Source: Antedon mediterranea (lineage: Eukaryota; Animalia; Echinodermata). Taken from it: DNA of 64,000 nucleotides. Made by a program: the position numbers and the translations under genes. The stretch spans positions 26,412,001 to 26,476,000 of the forward strand of contig NC_092674.1 in assembly GCF_964355755.1 (NCBI RefSeq). The letters are read 5' to 3'. Positions 63,434-64,000 of this stretch are shown in pieces (the stretch's first letter is position 1; each line of letters begins with the position of its first letter). The notes beneath the pieces are model-generated. The model was given only the letters and a program-made list of their open reading frames with translations. It was not told the origin of the DNA and did no database searches.

Positions 63434-64000
63434 CTTCAAAAAAAGACACACAAGATAATTGAACTATACATAAGTTTGACTGCACCAATTACATATACTT
63501 TTATTATCACGATGTCAAATGTATGCTGTCTACACTATAAAAGTAGTTTGAAAAAAAGTGTGATGTGCCCACTCGATGTGCCTAAATATAGTAATGATTT
63601 ACCTAAATATGGTCATCAAGACCATAAAACGGTACATCACATTTTGTTTGATAAAGTTTGATAGTGCAGACAGAGCTTAAGTAATTTGGGAATGTTTGGC
63701 GCTACATCATCATACTGATGCATATACCTGGTAGTGCTACCCGGTAGCATACATTTTTTCCTATGATGTTAAAGCAGAAATCATGAATTATTCATTAGAA
63801 TAATTATGACACAATATGGGACATTATAGAAAGCGATATATAAGCATGGAGAGAGATTAAGTAATATGTGTAAACAGCTTTTGCTAACCGAAATGTTTAG
63901 TCTAGTGGTAAAGACTTTTTAAAACTTCTTAGAATGGAGCCATCGGTTCGAGGTCTATCAAGAACCTGCTTTTTTTTAATAGTTGAGAGAGATTATTTAG

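Larger units (their letters stand above)
49329..64000. repeat. Large tandem segmental duplication, period 8645 bp (49329-55355 repeated at 57974-64000, runs off window)
   Basis: All ORFs from 49592 to 55016 recur at +8645; near-identical, with one difference noticed (50362 A vs 59007 G). Confidence 0.95.

Overview
AT-rich, intron-rich animal genomic DNA, probably from a marine invertebrate (inference from gene style; the species cannot be read from the sequence). All host genes are on the minus strand. They are a complete 13-exon SLC6 Na+/Cl- amino-acid transporter (1034-19879) and a tandem cluster of DEG/ENaC (ASIC-like) channel genes. The cluster has two intact 8-exon genes (21438-30244, 32302-45582), a pseudogene (47709-50677) and the 3' exons of a fourth paralogue, all reshuffled by nested near-identical duplications (997 bp and 8645 bp periods). 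The standout feature is a 6.3-kb Kolobok-type DNA transposon (35305-41619) in intron 3 of the second channel gene. It has ~477-bp inverted repeats, a TTAA target duplication that splits an RTE-like LINE remnant, a spliced THAP + DDD/E transposase, and a convergent second gene encoding a stand-alone protein like the Cys-rich P2X7 cytoplasmic 'ballast' domain (KolX). Many MITEs, Helentron-like elements, SINE/LINE remnants, hairpins and minisatellites fill the introns. Exon coordinates and translations were read by hand and may be off by a base or two.
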